DNA from: a virus
Taxonomy: Duplodnaviria > Caudoviricetes
Virus record (IMG/VR): IMGVR_UViG_3300022200_000053
Coordinates: 1-56,480 of that record
Length of the DNA stretch: 56,480 nucleotides
Reading direction: 5' to 3' (one strand)
Shown here: in pieces, positions 1-9,982 of the stretch
Position numbering within the stretch: the stretch's first letter is position 1
Layout of the letters: each line of letters opens with the position of its first letter
The notes under the pieces: generated by a model
The model's input: only the letters and a program-made list of their open reading frames with translations
Told to the model about the DNA's origin: nothing
The model's database searches: none
Position numbers and translations under genes: made by a program

Positions 1-144
1 TTGGAAAATCGTTATCAATGAACACTTTGTTTTATCCTCCAGTGTCGCAGGAAGTGTTTTATCGGGTGAAAGATTTAGACATAGATATGTCTTATCTAAC
101 ACAAATTTTAGCAGCCGGTAATTTATTTAACTACCGGCTAAATA

Positions 145-1122
145 TCACTCCATTACAAACAGTTTGTTTGCAACGGCTTGAGGTTGGGCTTGGTTCAGAA
201 CGCGCCAGGCATTCTGTGGGTCGCGATTCATCATGTCGCTGAAGGTGCCCCAGAAGTTTTCGGGGGCCTGAGGAGCAGCTGCTGCAGGGGGAGCAGGGAA
301 CTGACCAAGTTGAGGTTGACCAACCTGCCGGGTCGGATAACCACGAGTCTCCAGTTGATCTTCGCTTTCGTACACAGGGTACGGACCTTCGGGACCAAAG
401 AACTTGAGCGTGTAATCACTCAGCACATCGGGATTGGTCAGGATCTCGTTGTAAGCAAGGTTCTCCTGATGCTCGTTAACAGCGAAGTTGGCATAACCCT
501 TGATTACATCAGCGGCGCGATTTCCCCACGCGACGGCGCTGTCCACCATCGCCTCGAGGTTTAGAGCGTAGTTGTTCAGAATCGCTGGAGCTTCCATCCC
601 GAACGCGTCCAGAACCTGACGAGTCTCGTTGCTCAGATTGTAATAATCCGCGATCGCCGCGTCCACTTCCGCGTGGGCTTCCTGCGCCGAGTATCCCGTC
701 AAGTAAGTTGGGGAAGAGCTGGGCGAGTATGCCTGGCTGGGAGACCAGGTCAGCGGAGCCGATTGTGGCGTAACTTGGGGGCTGGTTAACCCGTAATTGG
801 CCGGGGTATACGCTGTCGGAATCTGCGATTGTTGACCCTGGAACGGGGATTGGACTGGTGCGCTCAGCAGGTTCACCACCTTGTTGAACGCCGATTCCCA
901 GGGATTCCCCGCCGATTCCGCCGGTTGGGATTGGGGGGCGTACTGAGTAGGGGCTGATTGGTAGCTGGGGGCTGCCTGAGGTACCGCTTGGGGGTAGCTG
1001 GTACCCACCTGATAAGCCACCGGAGCTGCTTGTTGTGGTGCTGGTGCCACGTAGCTGCTCGGTGCGACGGCCACTGGTACTTGGCTCGTCTGTGGGATCG
1101 ATTGGACGGTAGCGTCCTGCAT
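145..1122 (-). CDS. Probable capsid scaffolding protein
   Basis: 325 aa with a P/Q/A-rich N-terminus and acidic helical core. An AGGAG RBS lies just upstream and it sits downstream of the portal-like gene in the head module. Function is from synteny only. Confidence 0.55.
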   Translation of the reverse strand: MQDATVQSIPQTSQVPVAVAPSSYVAPAPQQAAPVAYQVGTSYPQAVPQAAPSYQSAPTQYAPQSQPAESAGNPWESAFNKVVNLLSAPVQSPFQGQQSQIPTAYTPANYGLTSPQVTPQSAPLTWSPSQAYSPSSSPTYLTGYSAQEAHAEVDAAIADYYNLSNETRQVLDAFGMEAPAILNNYALNLEAMVDSAVAWGNRAADVIKGYANFAVNEHQENLAYNEILTNPDVLSDYTLKFFGPEGPYPVYESEDQLETRGYPTRQVGQPQLGQFPAPPAAAAPQAPENFWGTFSDMMNRDPQNAWRVLNQAQPQAVANKLFVME

Positions 1123-2872
1123 AACTCATCTCCTTTTGTAAAGCTTCTAAGGTGCGATATAGATACGGGGTAAGATCTAATCGCGGATCCGCAGCCATCG
1201 GTAAATCCGGTGATTGCGGGTGGGGAGTTTGCATCATTGCCCCCACTAAGCGAGCGAACTGAGAGTATGCACCCTGCAATTCGTTCACCATTCTGAACGG
1301 GAACCCAGATAACATCTCGGCCCGTTCCTCATCCGTCTTGGACGGGAAGAGGTACTTCAGTGCCTCAATGCTATCAACACCTAACTCCTGTAGATTGCGT
1401 ACCACAATGGAGTTATTAAGTATGTCTTGGGTGGAGTCCTCGTAAACAGGACCTAGCCAGCGCCATTGGATCGTTACATCACCGTCGGGAATCAACCCAA
1501 GGACGCCAGGGGGGATTTGTTGCGTACGAAGACAAGCCATCATTAACTGTTTGACTTTCTCTTCGTACATCGACATCGCATCCTCGTAAGCAGCAATATC
1601 TTCATCCGATGCTTGCTCGGGTAGCTCCAGGGGTTTCTCAAGTCCTGCCGCTGCTGCTAACGTGTCACGGAAAAGACGTTCTTCCTGGAAGATAATTAAT
1701 TCGAGACAACGACAGATGCCATAGGTGTAAATAGAGTTTGCTTTTTTCTTTGCAGTAGCCGAAACACGACCGAACAAAGACTTGTACTCTGTAGCTGTAA
1801 CACCAGCAGAAATAGAAAGTTCGTCTACGCCACCAAGAGCCGTTCGAATCTCCTCTCGGTACTGGCGTGCAAAAGAATTTTGGTCACCTGTGATTGCATC
1901 AGGAACGATGTAACCGACGCGATCATTTGGCTCTAGGTTTGCAATGATGCGTGGTACGCGAAGCTGACCATCAACACCTCGATAAACAGGATCTGCCTTA
2001 AATCGGGATTGACTCAGCGGACCTGCGCCACCAAAACCAGAGTTTGCTGCAATAGAAGGACGCTGAACAACAGATTCTCCACCCGACTCCATGAGGTCAG
2101 TCTTGGGCCGAGAAGAAAGTAGAGTTGGATTACCAAAAAACTGCACATTCTTTCGCATGGTGCGAATCATATCGTCATGCGTGCAGATGTGATTAGCAAG
2201 CGCATCAAACTCACCAACACCCTCAGTCGAGAATCCCTTAGCGTTGTTGAAGATCTCAACACAAGGAATAAATCCAAGTGTGTTTCTAAAAGTCTTGGTC
2301 TTACCAGTAATCGCCTGATAGTTGGTATCAAATGAAATCTCACCTTCCGAGTGAGTTTCTTCGATTGTTTTCCGTTTGATCGAAAGCCGGATGTAACGCT
2401 TAATGCCACCACGACCCATAGAAGCCGGGCCCGTAAGACTACTGGATTCAATATCCTGTTGATAACCAAGGCCTTGACGGACCTTGTAGCCGTAGATGAT
2501 TACAACTTCATCCAGCTCGCCATCAATGTTATAAAAGGTACGATATTCGTGCTTGCGAAAATAGTAGAGGCGGTAGTTGTTTTTTGTAGGACGAATGTAA
2601 AAAAGACCTTGTCCATCACAAAGAAAGTAATCCCAGATTGAGTCGAGCCTTGTTTCAAGTTGATTGTATTTTATTACGCGATCAATAAAATCCTTGCGCT
2701 GGTTTCCAAAGTTATCCTGAGCCGGGAAGAATTCAACACCTTGTCGAATCCCAAATAACTTCATCTGTGCAAGATGAGAGGCAACGATGCCGGTATCAAT
2801 TGCTGCTCCTCCATCTTTTTCGATGTAAGAGTCAATAATTTCTTTAAGCCTGGCTTTTGCGTCCGTTGCCAT
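509..2872 (-). CDS. Probable portal protein with a long C-terminal extension overlapping the next gene
   Basis: 787-aa ORF lying between terL and the scaffold-like gene. Size and position fit a portal; no diagnostic motif was confirmed. Confidence 0.6.
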   Translation of the reverse strand: MATDAKARLKEIIDSYIEKDGGAAIDTGIVASHLAQMKLFGIRQGVEFFPAQDNFGNQRKDFIDRVIKYNQLETRLDSIWDYFLCDGQGLFYIRPTKNNYRLYYFRKHEYRTFYNIDGELDEVVIIYGYKVRQGLGYQQDIESSSLTGPASMGRGGIKRYIRLSIKRKTIEETHSEGEISFDTNYQAITGKTKTFRNTLGFIPCVEIFNNAKGFSTEGVGEFDALANHICTHDDMIRTMRKNVQFFGNPTLLSSRPKTDLMESGGESVVQRPSIAANSGFGGAGPLSQSRFKADPVYRGVDGQLRVPRIIANLEPNDRVGYIVPDAITGDQNSFARQYREEIRTALGGVDELSISAGVTATEYKSLFGRVSATAKKKANSIYTYGICRCLELIIFQEERLFRDTLAAAAGLEKPLELPEQASDEDIAAYEDAMSMYEEKVKQLMMACLRTQQIPPGVLGLIPDGDVTIQWRWLGPVYEDSTQDILNNSIVVRNLQELGVDSIEALKYLFPSKTDEERAEMLSGFPFRMVNELQGAYSQFARLVGAMMQTPHPQSPDLPMAADPRLDLTPYLYRTLEALQKEMSYAGRYRPIDPTDEPSTSGRRTEQLRGTSTTTSSSGGLSGGYQLPPSGTSGSPQLPISPYSVRPPIPTGGIGGESLGIGVQQGGEPAERTSPIPVPGSTIADSDSVYPGQLRVNQPPSYATIGSADLVSQPGILAQLFPNLLDGILGAGSPRGSGRGDRGLLQSEQRDSSGSGRVRDGSSSDSEQLRSKPRGDGGQRRRVGKSRR

Positions 2873-2903
2873 TAACTATTACCTTTTCTTCAATACTAAC
2901 AGC

Positions 2904-3170
2904 TTAGGAAAGAGTTTTACCAGTAAAACCTGCAAGTGCTTGTCCGTATTGAGGACCGTAGAACATGCCTGCGTTCGCAAGTCCGCCCATGTTTCCAATA
3001 GCACCAGGGAGATTGCTGGAGCCGGGGATACCAGCCAGAGGGAGTTGTGGGCCGCCACCAGGTGTAATGCCGCGGCGTTTCATTTCTTCAGGTTGAATGT
3101 CAAAGCTTGGATTACCGGCTAGAAAGTTCCCAGGGGCGCCAGGAACATTGGACTCACCACCGTAAAACAT
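2904..3170 (-). CDS. Gly/Pro-rich hypothetical protein
   Basis: 88-aa ORF co-oriented in the late operon. Confidence 0.6.
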   Translation of the reverse strand: MFYGGESNVPGAPGNFLAGNPSFDIQPEEMKRRGITPGGGPQLPLAGIPGSSNLPGAIGNMGGLANAGMFYGPQYGQALAGFTGKTLS

Positions 3171-3193
3171 GTTTCTATCTCTTTTTAAGTATT

Positions 3194-3376
3194 CTACTCT
3201 TCTACAACTTCATAGCCACTAGGATCGTTGACTTTGCTAAGAACAATGCCGTTACTGCGAACATCCCAGTTGAGCACGTCTCCTTCTTGCCAGCCAAGAT
3301 CTTCAATTACCTCCTCGGGAAAAACAATATATTGATCTCCGTTCTCGTCCTCTTGGACTTCAAGAATGTAGCTCAT
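3194..3376 (-). CDS. AbrB/MazE-like swapped-hairpin DNA-binding protein
   Basis: Pattern IVFPEEVIEDLGWQEGDVLNW matches the AbrB-type IP..i...LG...GD.l motif. Confidence 0.65.
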   Translation of the reverse strand: MSYILEVQEDENGDQYIVFPEEVIEDLGWQEGDVLNWDVRSNGIVLSKVNDPSGYEVVEE

Positions 3377-3669
3377 TTTGCGTCGAGAAGCTTTTCAACC
3401 AGCTTATCAAGCTTAGCGTTGATCTGAGTAAAATTATCGTGCATCTGTTGAATTTCTCTTAGGAAATCAACTTTTAAAACGTATTCAAGCGGCATGCGTT
3501 TTAAGTCGTCTTCCAAAACGTCAATCCTTCTTTTCTGTGAACCAATGTAGTCAAACGCTCTTTGGACTTGCTCGCTTTGACGGGAAAGGATTTTACCGGC
3601 CGCCCAACCACCTCCGGTAATAGCCGAGATGACAGCTGTTAAACCGATGGCAATATATTCGGGACCCAC
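3373..3669 (-). CDS. Small membrane protein with coiled coil (holin-like or hypothetical)
   Basis: N-terminal hydrophobic helix (YIAIGLTAVISAITGGGWAA) followed by a coiled coil; GTG start. Confidence 0.55.
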   Translation of the reverse strand: MGPEYIAIGLTAVISAITGGGWAAGKILSRQSEQVQRAFDYIGSQKRRIDVLEDDLKRMPLEYVLKVDFLREIQQMHDNFTQINAKLDKLVEKLLDAK

Positions 3670-3697
3670 GGCTGAAGTGTTTTTCTTATTCTATAGT

Positions 3698-5224
3698 TTA
3701 GTAATCAAGATGGAGTTGTCCCTTTCTTGATAAACCATTAACAAGCCAGACAAGAGCATCTACGCAGTCATCATGACTACTTACTCCGAAGTTTGTGAGT
3801 TCCTCGAAGAGATTTGTGAAATTACGGAACCTGTTGAAGATTATCTTGCGGTCTTCAAACATCCCCATAATTCCACGAAAACGTGCCAACTTATCTGCAC
3901 GGAAACCTTTGACTGGATGCCAAATCAAATTGTAGAGACCTTCGTTATTTAGGCAAACCCTCTTGAAGTCTGCCTCCAGTGATGCCTGGTACTGAACCGC
4001 CTCACTCCAGATGTCACACGTTGAATAGGTCGGGAAATAATTCCCGTTGTCATCCTTACCAAGTACAGACCAATCATTTAATAGTTCTTTCAGGGCATCG
4101 AGTTTTTCTAGGTTGCCCATCACACGAATCCTTCGATAGTCAATAATATGAACCTGATCACCAATACGTCCCCCAAGAATCATTACGGTGTAATCATTCT
4201 TCTCCTTAGTACCAGCAGAAAGGTCAACCCCGACACCAAGCGTGTCAAATTCAGTGGCTATCTCCGCTTTAACAATTAACTCAGGCGCCAGGGATAACTC
4301 GTTTTGCCTAACGATTTGATTCATGTACTGGAACGAAAAAGCAATAGGTGCTTGTCGTTTTTTTTCTTTTAAATAATCAAGAGACCACATCTCTGGCCAG
4401 TACGATTTTTCCTCTCCTGTTTTCGGATCATTTTGAATCGCGGAAAGAACAATCTGCATCCAGTTGTTTTGTTTGTTAAAGGTAGTTGAGTGAATATCGT
4501 CATGACGGAATCGTGTACCAAGGCAAATCGCCCTACCTCCTTCAAACATTGTGGGTGCAATCACCGCATTCCAGTTTTCCTGCATCTGTTTCCTGATGTC
4601 AGGGTTTGAAATATCTGCAGAAGACTTAATAGCGTCATCAATACAGACAAGATGAGAACGTTTTGAAGTCACTGAACCTTTTAGGCCGGCAGCACATAAA
4701 GTAAACTGCTCGTCACCAGTGGTGTCAATACCAGCAAACTTGTGATCAATTGACCAATACTCATTGCTGGTCACATTTTTCATCAGGCGTACAGTAGGAA
4801 AGACCTCTTGGTACCGCTTGCTTTCAATGATTCGTTTGATGGTTGCAGACTTGGAACGCGCAATGTCAACCGTATAAGAAAGGTAAAGAATCTGAAGAGG
4901 TTTCTTTGCTGCCGTATGGACACCAATTGCCCATGCTGTGAACAGACCCAGGACAGTAGATTTGGCCGATCCCCGTGGAGCCAAAAGATCGATGTTGGGA
5001 CCAGCAATCCCAATCAGGCAGCTACTATCTCTTCCTGTAATAAACTGTTTGTGCCACTCTTTATGATGGGCAGCAGGAGGTTTGTCTGCTACATAGTCAC
5101 AAAAAAAGCCAAAGTCCTCGCGAGCACGCTGCAAAGACTCAGCGTTTTTGTGAGGACGAATTTGTTGGTTTCTGGCCGCAGCTTTAGCGTTACGACGATA
5201 AGCAAGGTGCGTATAACTTGGCAC
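3698..5224 (-). CDS. terL: Terminase large subunit
   Basis: Walker A APRGSAKS, Walker B VCIDD, coupling motif GTRF, RNase H-like nuclease GVDLS and C-terminal HDDCVDA. Confidence 0.95.
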   Translation of the reverse strand: MPSYTHLAYRRNAKAAARNQQIRPHKNAESLQRAREDFGFFCDYVADKPPAAHHKEWHKQFITGRDSSCLIGIAGPNIDLLAPRGSAKSTVLGLFTAWAIGVHTAAKKPLQILYLSYTVDIARSKSATIKRIIESKRYQEVFPTVRLMKNVTSNEYWSIDHKFAGIDTTGDEQFTLCAAGLKGSVTSKRSHLVCIDDAIKSSADISNPDIRKQMQENWNAVIAPTMFEGGRAICLGTRFRHDDIHSTTFNKQNNWMQIVLSAIQNDPKTGEEKSYWPEMWSLDYLKEKKRQAPIAFSFQYMNQIVRQNELSLAPELIVKAEIATEFDTLGVGVDLSAGTKEKNDYTVMILGGRIGDQVHIIDYRRIRVMGNLEKLDALKELLNDWSVLGKDDNGNYFPTYSTCDIWSEAVQYQASLEADFKRVCLNNEGLYNLIWHPVKGFRADKLARFRGIMGMFEDRKIIFNRFRNFTNLFEELTNFGVSSHDDCVDALVWLVNGLSRKGQLHLDY

Positions 5225-5253
5225 GGCAGTAAATCAACTTATTAAATACTACC

Positions 5254-5415
5254 TTATTTCTCTGTCTCTTTGTTTTTTTGTTCTTTGTACTTACGTGCTT
5301 TATCTAAAGCAGCTTTACGCTTCTCCTTGTCCGACATCTCAGTACCGTCTTCTTTCTTTGCTTCTTTCTTTTTGAAGTGCTCCAGGAGTTCCGGAGGCAT
5401 TTTGTTCTTAGCCAT
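5254..5415 (-). CDS. Small Lys-rich protein (53 aa, not in ORF track)
   Basis: Read manually: MAKNKMPPELLEHFKKKEAKK...; tightly packed in the operon. Confidence 0.6.
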   Translation of the reverse strand: MAKNKMPPELLEHFKKKEAKKEDGTEMSDKEKRKAALDKARKYKEQKNKETEK

Positions 5416-5418
5416 TAA

Positions 5419-5598
5419 TTAGCCTTTTGCAATACGACGAGCACGACCAGGGCCGAACTCAACGCCCTGTGACCTCCCAGCGGGGATCTCAGGTGTCGGT
5501 CTACGGCTGGGAAGCTCTTGATTCAATACTTCTTCCTGGCGGCTACGAATGAGCTGCCGTTGCATTGGATCTGAGGTAGCACCTGTACCTGCACCCAT
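5419..5598 (-). CDS. Hypothetical protein (59 aa, not in ORF track)
   Basis: Read manually: MGAGTGATSDPMQRQLIRSRQEE...; fills an operon gap. Confidence 0.5.
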   Translation of the reverse strand: MGAGTGATSDPMQRQLIRSRQEEVLNQELPSRRPTPEIPAGRSQGVEFGPGRARRIAKG

Positions 5599-5634
5599 AC
5601 AAAACTAAACGTTCCTGTAATTATCTTAACCGAT

Positions 5635-6252
5635 CTATTCTTCCAGTTGCATACGCGCCCAGACGCTCATTGCAGCTTCTTCCAAGGGGATTTCAATGGG
5701 GTCATCCTTGAAAATAAACAGTAACTCACGAATTGCACGATCAGCCCCTGCCATCAAAAGACCTTTTCGATCTTTGATACTCGTGAATTTTTCAATTTGA
5801 TCGATATGACCGCGGATTTCTTTTTGCATGGAAGCAATACGAGCCACCCCTGCGTCTCGTTTTACAACTTTATTTTCAACATCTTCGCGAAGCTTGCGGA
5901 CATCCTCTTGCATCTCGTCGATTTCATACAAGAGTTTTTTACGATGATCCGTTTTCTCGTAATTATCTTTGATCCAAAGCTCGCACGCAGTTACTGTCCC
6001 CTTGTAACCAAGGAAACGTGAATAGAGATAAACTTCGATCAGGGAGTAGTTATCTTTAGCAAAAGAACAAAATGATTCCTGAGTCGCTGAATCTAAGTTC
6101 TCAACCCAGGAATCAAAAAGCTCAATATCGATAAGCTCGTTGGGCCTGACCGTAGTCTCGTGCTTCGTCTTCTTGCTTGAAGCGCTGCTGCTGTTCGGCT
6201 GAGGCGCGGGATTCTTCTGCACCCTTACCAATGGTTTCACGTTCTTGTTCAC
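5635..6252 (-). CDS. Helical hypothetical protein (terminase small subunit candidate)
   Basis: Charged alpha-helical ORF close upstream of terL. True start is uncertain because it overlaps the 6122-6370 ORF. Confidence 0.5.
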   Translation of the reverse strand: MNKNVKPLVRVQKNPAPQPNSSSASSKKTKHETTVRPNELIDIELFDSWVENLDSATQESFCSFAKDNYSLIEVYLYSRFLGYKGTVTACELWIKDNYEKTDHRKKLLYEIDEMQEDVRKLREDVENKVVKRDAGVARIASMQKEIRGHIDQIEKFTSIKDRKGLLMAGADRAIRELLFIFKDDPIEIPLEEAAMSVWARMQLEE

Positions 6253-6370
6253 CAGCAGTCTCCATTTTTTTCTTTGAGAATTCGTAAGCCACGCCAGCAG
6301 CTTGGCGGTACTTATCTAGATCAAACCAATCATCGACATCGGTTTGTCCAGTGGGTACGCTACTGGTCAT
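6122..6370 (-). CDS. Hypothetical protein
   Basis: 82 aa; shares a DD(W/Y)FD(L/I)xK motif with the neighbouring 6396-6590 ORF. Confidence 0.6.
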   Translation of the reverse strand: MTSSVPTGQTDVDDWFDLDKYRQAAGVAYEFSKKKMETAGEQERETIGKGAEESRASAEQQQRFKQEDEARDYGQAQRAYRY

Positions 6371-6395
6371 GGCTTATATATCCTAGAAGAAAAGA

Positions 6396-6590
6396 TCAGA
6401 AGTTGCTCATCATGGAAGCAAGACCCTGAGCGTAGATGTCACGACGACTCTCGAGGGACTTTTGGCGCTGTTGACGGCCCTTAGAACCTTCGAGACGCTC
6501 GAGAAGCTTCTCGAATTTATTGATGTCAAAGTAATCATCTTTGTCACTTTGATCAGAGGGAACCGAAGACGCAGTTTTTGTAGAAGTCAT
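6396..6590 (-). CDS. Hypothetical protein
   Basis: 64 aa in the late operon. Confidence 0.6.
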   Translation of the reverse strand: MTSTKTASSVPSDQSDKDDYFDINKFEKLLERLEGSKGRQQRQKSLESRRDIYAQGLASMMSNF

Positions 6591-6633
6591 TTGTTAACTC
6601 AATAACTAAAATAATTATACCAAACACATTCCA

Positions 6634-7530
6634 TTAGGAGAATGAAAAAGATCCAACAATTTGCTGGTAAATGGAACCCTGACTCTTGATCTTAGCCAGT
6701 TCTTTTTCACCTTCGTTTTTCAGCTTTTGGGTTTCTTTGTCAATCTCACCTTGAAGATTCGTCAAGCCTGCACTGTACAAGTACTTGCGGGTATCTCGAA
6801 TGTTTTGCTGTTGCTCTTCAATCTCAGCAGCAGTGCCTGTAAAAGATTCACCAAAATCAGGAGTAGTGATTTTGGTACTGCCCTCAAGGCCTTCTGCGTA
6901 CTTAGGAAGAAGATTAGAAGCAAAGTTAAAAGTGCGTTGACCTGTTTTTTTACCAGATTCATCGACAGCCTGTTTACCAAACATGGTGTCGTAATAGTTG
7001 TCAAGATAGCTTTGATTGTACTTATCTTGATACTCGGAACTTTTAGCAAGCGCATCTTTTAAATCTTGAACAGACGTGTAATAACCTTGCTGGAAGCGTT
7101 CCAGGGCTTTGGTTTTCTCTTCCTCGGTTGCTTGCCTACCAAGCAGCTCCTCATATGCGGCCGAAACACCTGTAGAACGACGACCAGGGAGGAGCTCTTC
7201 TGTGTAAAGTTTTGTTAAACCAGCGATCTCAGCTTCTGGCGGTACCAGATCGTACTTAGCTGCATAGTCACGAAGTTGACCAGTTGCGTCGGAATAGCTA
7301 ATAAGACCCTGGCGAAGCTGGGACTCAATACCAGAAAGCAGTCCGCCGTATCCAGCTTGTGCAGACGACCTGCGAGCCTCTTCTTTTGCGGCAGCTTCAG
7401 CTTTCTCATCAGCAGCACGTTGCTCTGCAAGAGCTTCTTTTTGCTGTTGATAAGCTAAATACTTTTCAAAAGAATTGTCCTTTTCAATCTTTGGTGACTT
7501 GTATTCAACTTTAGTTCCACCGCCGCCCAT
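6634..7530 (-). CDS. Probable virion/internal protein
   Basis: 298 aa with an MGGGG N-terminus typical of phage internal virion proteins; GGAGG RBS. Confidence 0.55.
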   Translation of the reverse strand: MGGGGTKVEYKSPKIEKDNSFEKYLAYQQQKEALAEQRAADEKAEAAAKEEARRSSAQAGYGGLLSGIESQLRQGLISYSDATGQLRDYAAKYDLVPPEAEIAGLTKLYTEELLPGRRSTGVSAAYEELLGRQATEEEKTKALERFQQGYYTSVQDLKDALAKSSEYQDKYNQSYLDNYYDTMFGKQAVDESGKKTGQRTFNFASNLLPKYAEGLEGSTKITTPDFGESFTGTAAEIEEQQQNIRDTRKYLYSAGLTNLQGEIDKETQKLKNEGEKELAKIKSQGSIYQQIVGSFSFS

Positions 7531-7540
7531 GGGTTACCTC

Positions 7541-8152
7541 CTATACGAATAAAGTACTGACATCACGTGGTGCAATGCGGCCAAAAATACCTGCAAGTTG
7601 GCCTTCTTTCTCGGCCAAGGTACGCTTCAGTGCTTCGCGATTTTCACGCTGACGTGATTCACGTGCTTCAGCAGATTGAGAAAGCCCAAATGCCCGTCGT
7701 GCACGTTCGGTATCTAATGCTAGCTGACGCTCACCTAAGGGTCCAGCCGCAAACATAGCAGCTTCTTTTTGACGGCCAAACTCTAAGTCAGGAGCAACAG
7801 TACTCTGGAAAATACGACTTCCAAGTTCAGCACCAAGCTGTCCTTTTGCTTGTTCGCGGCCAAGCATTGTCTGCCACTTTAGCTGATCAGCGGCAGCCGC
7901 CATTTGAGCGTTGGCAATACTAGCTCGGGTTTGATTTGCGGCATTTGCACCAAAGAGACTTGCGCCGATACCAGCAGCACCTAAACCTAAAGTAACTGGA
8001 TCAAAAGCCATTCCTCCTCCTCTGCTAATACCGCCAAGTTCTTTAGATGAGTCTACTCCAAGTGTTTTTCCAAAATCAAATTTACCGCTAAAAGAATCTG
8101 CAATGCTAGGCATTGAGATTGATCTCGTACTGGGCCACGCTGGGAAATCCAT
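7541..8152 (-). CDS. Probable DNA pilot/ejection-type virion protein
   Basis: MAFDPVTLGLGAAGIGASLFG hydrophobic Gly/Ala segment followed by an A/Q/R-rich helix. Confidence 0.5.
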   Translation of the reverse strand: MDFPAWPSTRSISMPSIADSFSGKFDFGKTLGVDSSKELGGISRGGGMAFDPVTLGLGAAGIGASLFGANAANQTRASIANAQMAAAADQLKWQTMLGREQAKGQLGAELGSRIFQSTVAPDLEFGRQKEAAMFAAGPLGERQLALDTERARRAFGLSQSAEARESRQRENREALKRTLAEKEGQLAGIFGRIAPRDVSTLFV

Positions 8153-8604
8153 TAGCTGAAGTAACGAGTTGGAGTATAGCTATAACTACCGCGATCAAAA
8201 CGCGTCAAAGAAGGGATGTTTTGAGCACCTTGAGCCATAATATTGGCGATATTGCCAGCGCCTTGTGCAGCGATTATGCCTGGGGCATATGCAGCGTTTG
8301 CAATGGTCTCTGGTAAACGACCAAGCATTTCATACTTAAAGGCTTCCCTGGCAGATTCCTTGCCAAGTTTTTGAGCTTGTTCAGCACGTCTTGTAAGAAT
8401 TCCTTCAAACAACTCAGCTTGTTTGGCTTGAGCTTCTGCTCTTTGTTCTGGGGTGCCCAACAGAGTTGTTAAATCATCTCCGCCGAATGCTCGAGATGCA
8501 TCGATGAGTTCTGCATTTGAAAAACCTTTAACACGCTCCGGCCCGTACATCTGCTCAAGCCTAGAATATAAGGAGCCTGCCAATCGGGTGTTTTGTTGAG
8601 ACAT
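8152..8604 (-). CDS. Hypothetical (probable virion) protein
   Basis: 150 aa, translationally coupled to its neighbours. Confidence 0.6.
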   Translation of the reverse strand: MSQQNTRLAGSLYSRLEQMYGPERVKGFSNAELIDASRAFGGDDLTTLLGTPEQRAEAQAKQAELFEGILTRRAEQAQKLGKESAREAFKYEMLGRLPETIANAAYAPGIIAAQGAGNIANIMAQGAQNIPSLTRFDRGSYSYTPTRYFS

Positions 8605-8606
8605 TG

Positions 8607-9944
8607 TTATCGTCCAAAGGTAATTTGGGGTGCTTGGATCACAGAACCAGCATAAGGATTGGAAGAAATTGCTGTTCTTGCATAAGCACCGGCTTCGGTT
8701 AAACCTGTGTTTGCAAGTTGGAACATGCCGGCTTGACGACCAAGGCTCTGATAAATACTGCCCTGTGTATTTAGAAGAGCTTGTTGTTGGGTAAAGCGAC
8801 GACGATCTTGTTGCTCAATTAATGGAGCAATGCCGCGCATTTGATCAAGGTAAGTTTGCGTTGCAATTTGTCCTTCTTGGCGTGCAACATCAAGATCTTC
8901 TTTTGCACGTTGACGACGAATTTCAGATTCTAAACCTTGATCGGCACGGCGTTGTTCACGTTCGAACTCAGCTTGACGGCGTGCTTTTGCTCTGGCTCCA
9001 ATAGGACCAATAAAGGGAAGTTCTAGGTCAGAAAGACCGCCACCTCCTAAACCACCAAGACCATCGGACTGTAGACTTCCAGCAGCACCTTGGGCAGCAC
9101 CAACTGCACCACCTGCCAATTGTTGAGCACCGCCTACAACAGCGTTAACAGCTCCAGCAGTTGCTTGTTGTGCACCATATCCAACCATGCCTGGAACAAG
9201 GTAACGAAGACCTGCTCCGGCCAAACGTACAGGTAGTGGGCCAGCTTTCATCATCCCACTGGTCAATGCATTTGTAAGTACATTTGCAGCTTGACCAGTA
9301 GCTAAACCAACTGGAGCACCTAAAAGGGCACCTGCTGGATCACCTGACAATAAGGACTCAACAGAACCAAGGACTGCACCTGTTTTCCCACCCATTGCCT
9401 TGCGTCCTGGGCGAATACCAGCTTCATTCCTGGAGCCAAAGATTAAATCGCCAGCGGAGGAACGTAAATCACCATAGCGACCAGCGATGTCAATACCTGG
9501 ACCACGTCCGCCGGCGCCAGGAGCAGCACCGGCAGTAGTAGGGGGGCGACGACCACCTCCACCTCCACCTGCACTTCGGCCTTCCATTCCAGTGCTACCG
9601 GTCACAACAGCGGAGCCTTGCTGACCTCGTGCACCCGATTCAGTAATGGGTACGCCGCCACGAGTGGCCATCTGTCCTTCAACGTCTCCAGTAATCGAAG
9701 GGCGGCCAGAAGAAGTTGATTGTGGTCTTACAGAACCAGTGACCAAGGGATCCATGCCGACGTTACCAGTGACTCTGGAAACTGGTGTAGTTTGTTGACC
9801 ACCAATGCCAGTATTTCTAGCAAACTGATCTATTTGCTGCATCAGTCGCTGAAATAAACCGGGATCTTCTTGTTGAAGTGCTCTCAGCTGATTGGGGTCA
9901 ATATCGGATAGATCCACCCCCCTGGATCCCGTAACTCTAGCCAT
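8607..9944 (-). CDS. Gly-rich probable internal virion/ejection protein
   Basis: 445 aa with Gly/Ala-rich hydrophobic stretches and a C-terminal coiled coil. Confidence 0.55.
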   Translation of the reverse strand: MARVTGSRGVDLSDIDPNQLRALQQEDPGLFQRLMQQIDQFARNTGIGGQQTTPVSRVTGNVGMDPLVTGSVRPQSTSSGRPSITGDVEGQMATRGGVPITESGARGQQGSAVVTGSTGMEGRSAGGGGGGRRPPTTAGAAPGAGGRGPGIDIAGRYGDLRSSAGDLIFGSRNEAGIRPGRKAMGGKTGAVLGSVESLLSGDPAGALLGAPVGLATGQAANVLTNALTSGMMKAGPLPVRLAGAGLRYLVPGMVGYGAQQATAGAVNAVVGGAQQLAGGAVGAAQGAAGSLQSDGLGGLGGGGLSDLELPFIGPIGARAKARRQAEFEREQRRADQGLESEIRRQRAKEDLDVARQEGQIATQTYLDQMRGIAPLIEQQDRRRFTQQQALLNTQGSIYQSLGRQAGMFQLANTGLTEAGAYARTAISSNPYAGSVIQAPQITFGR

Positions 9945-9982
9945 TATTTTAGAAGTTGTTCCAATAAATTAATTTTATCAGC

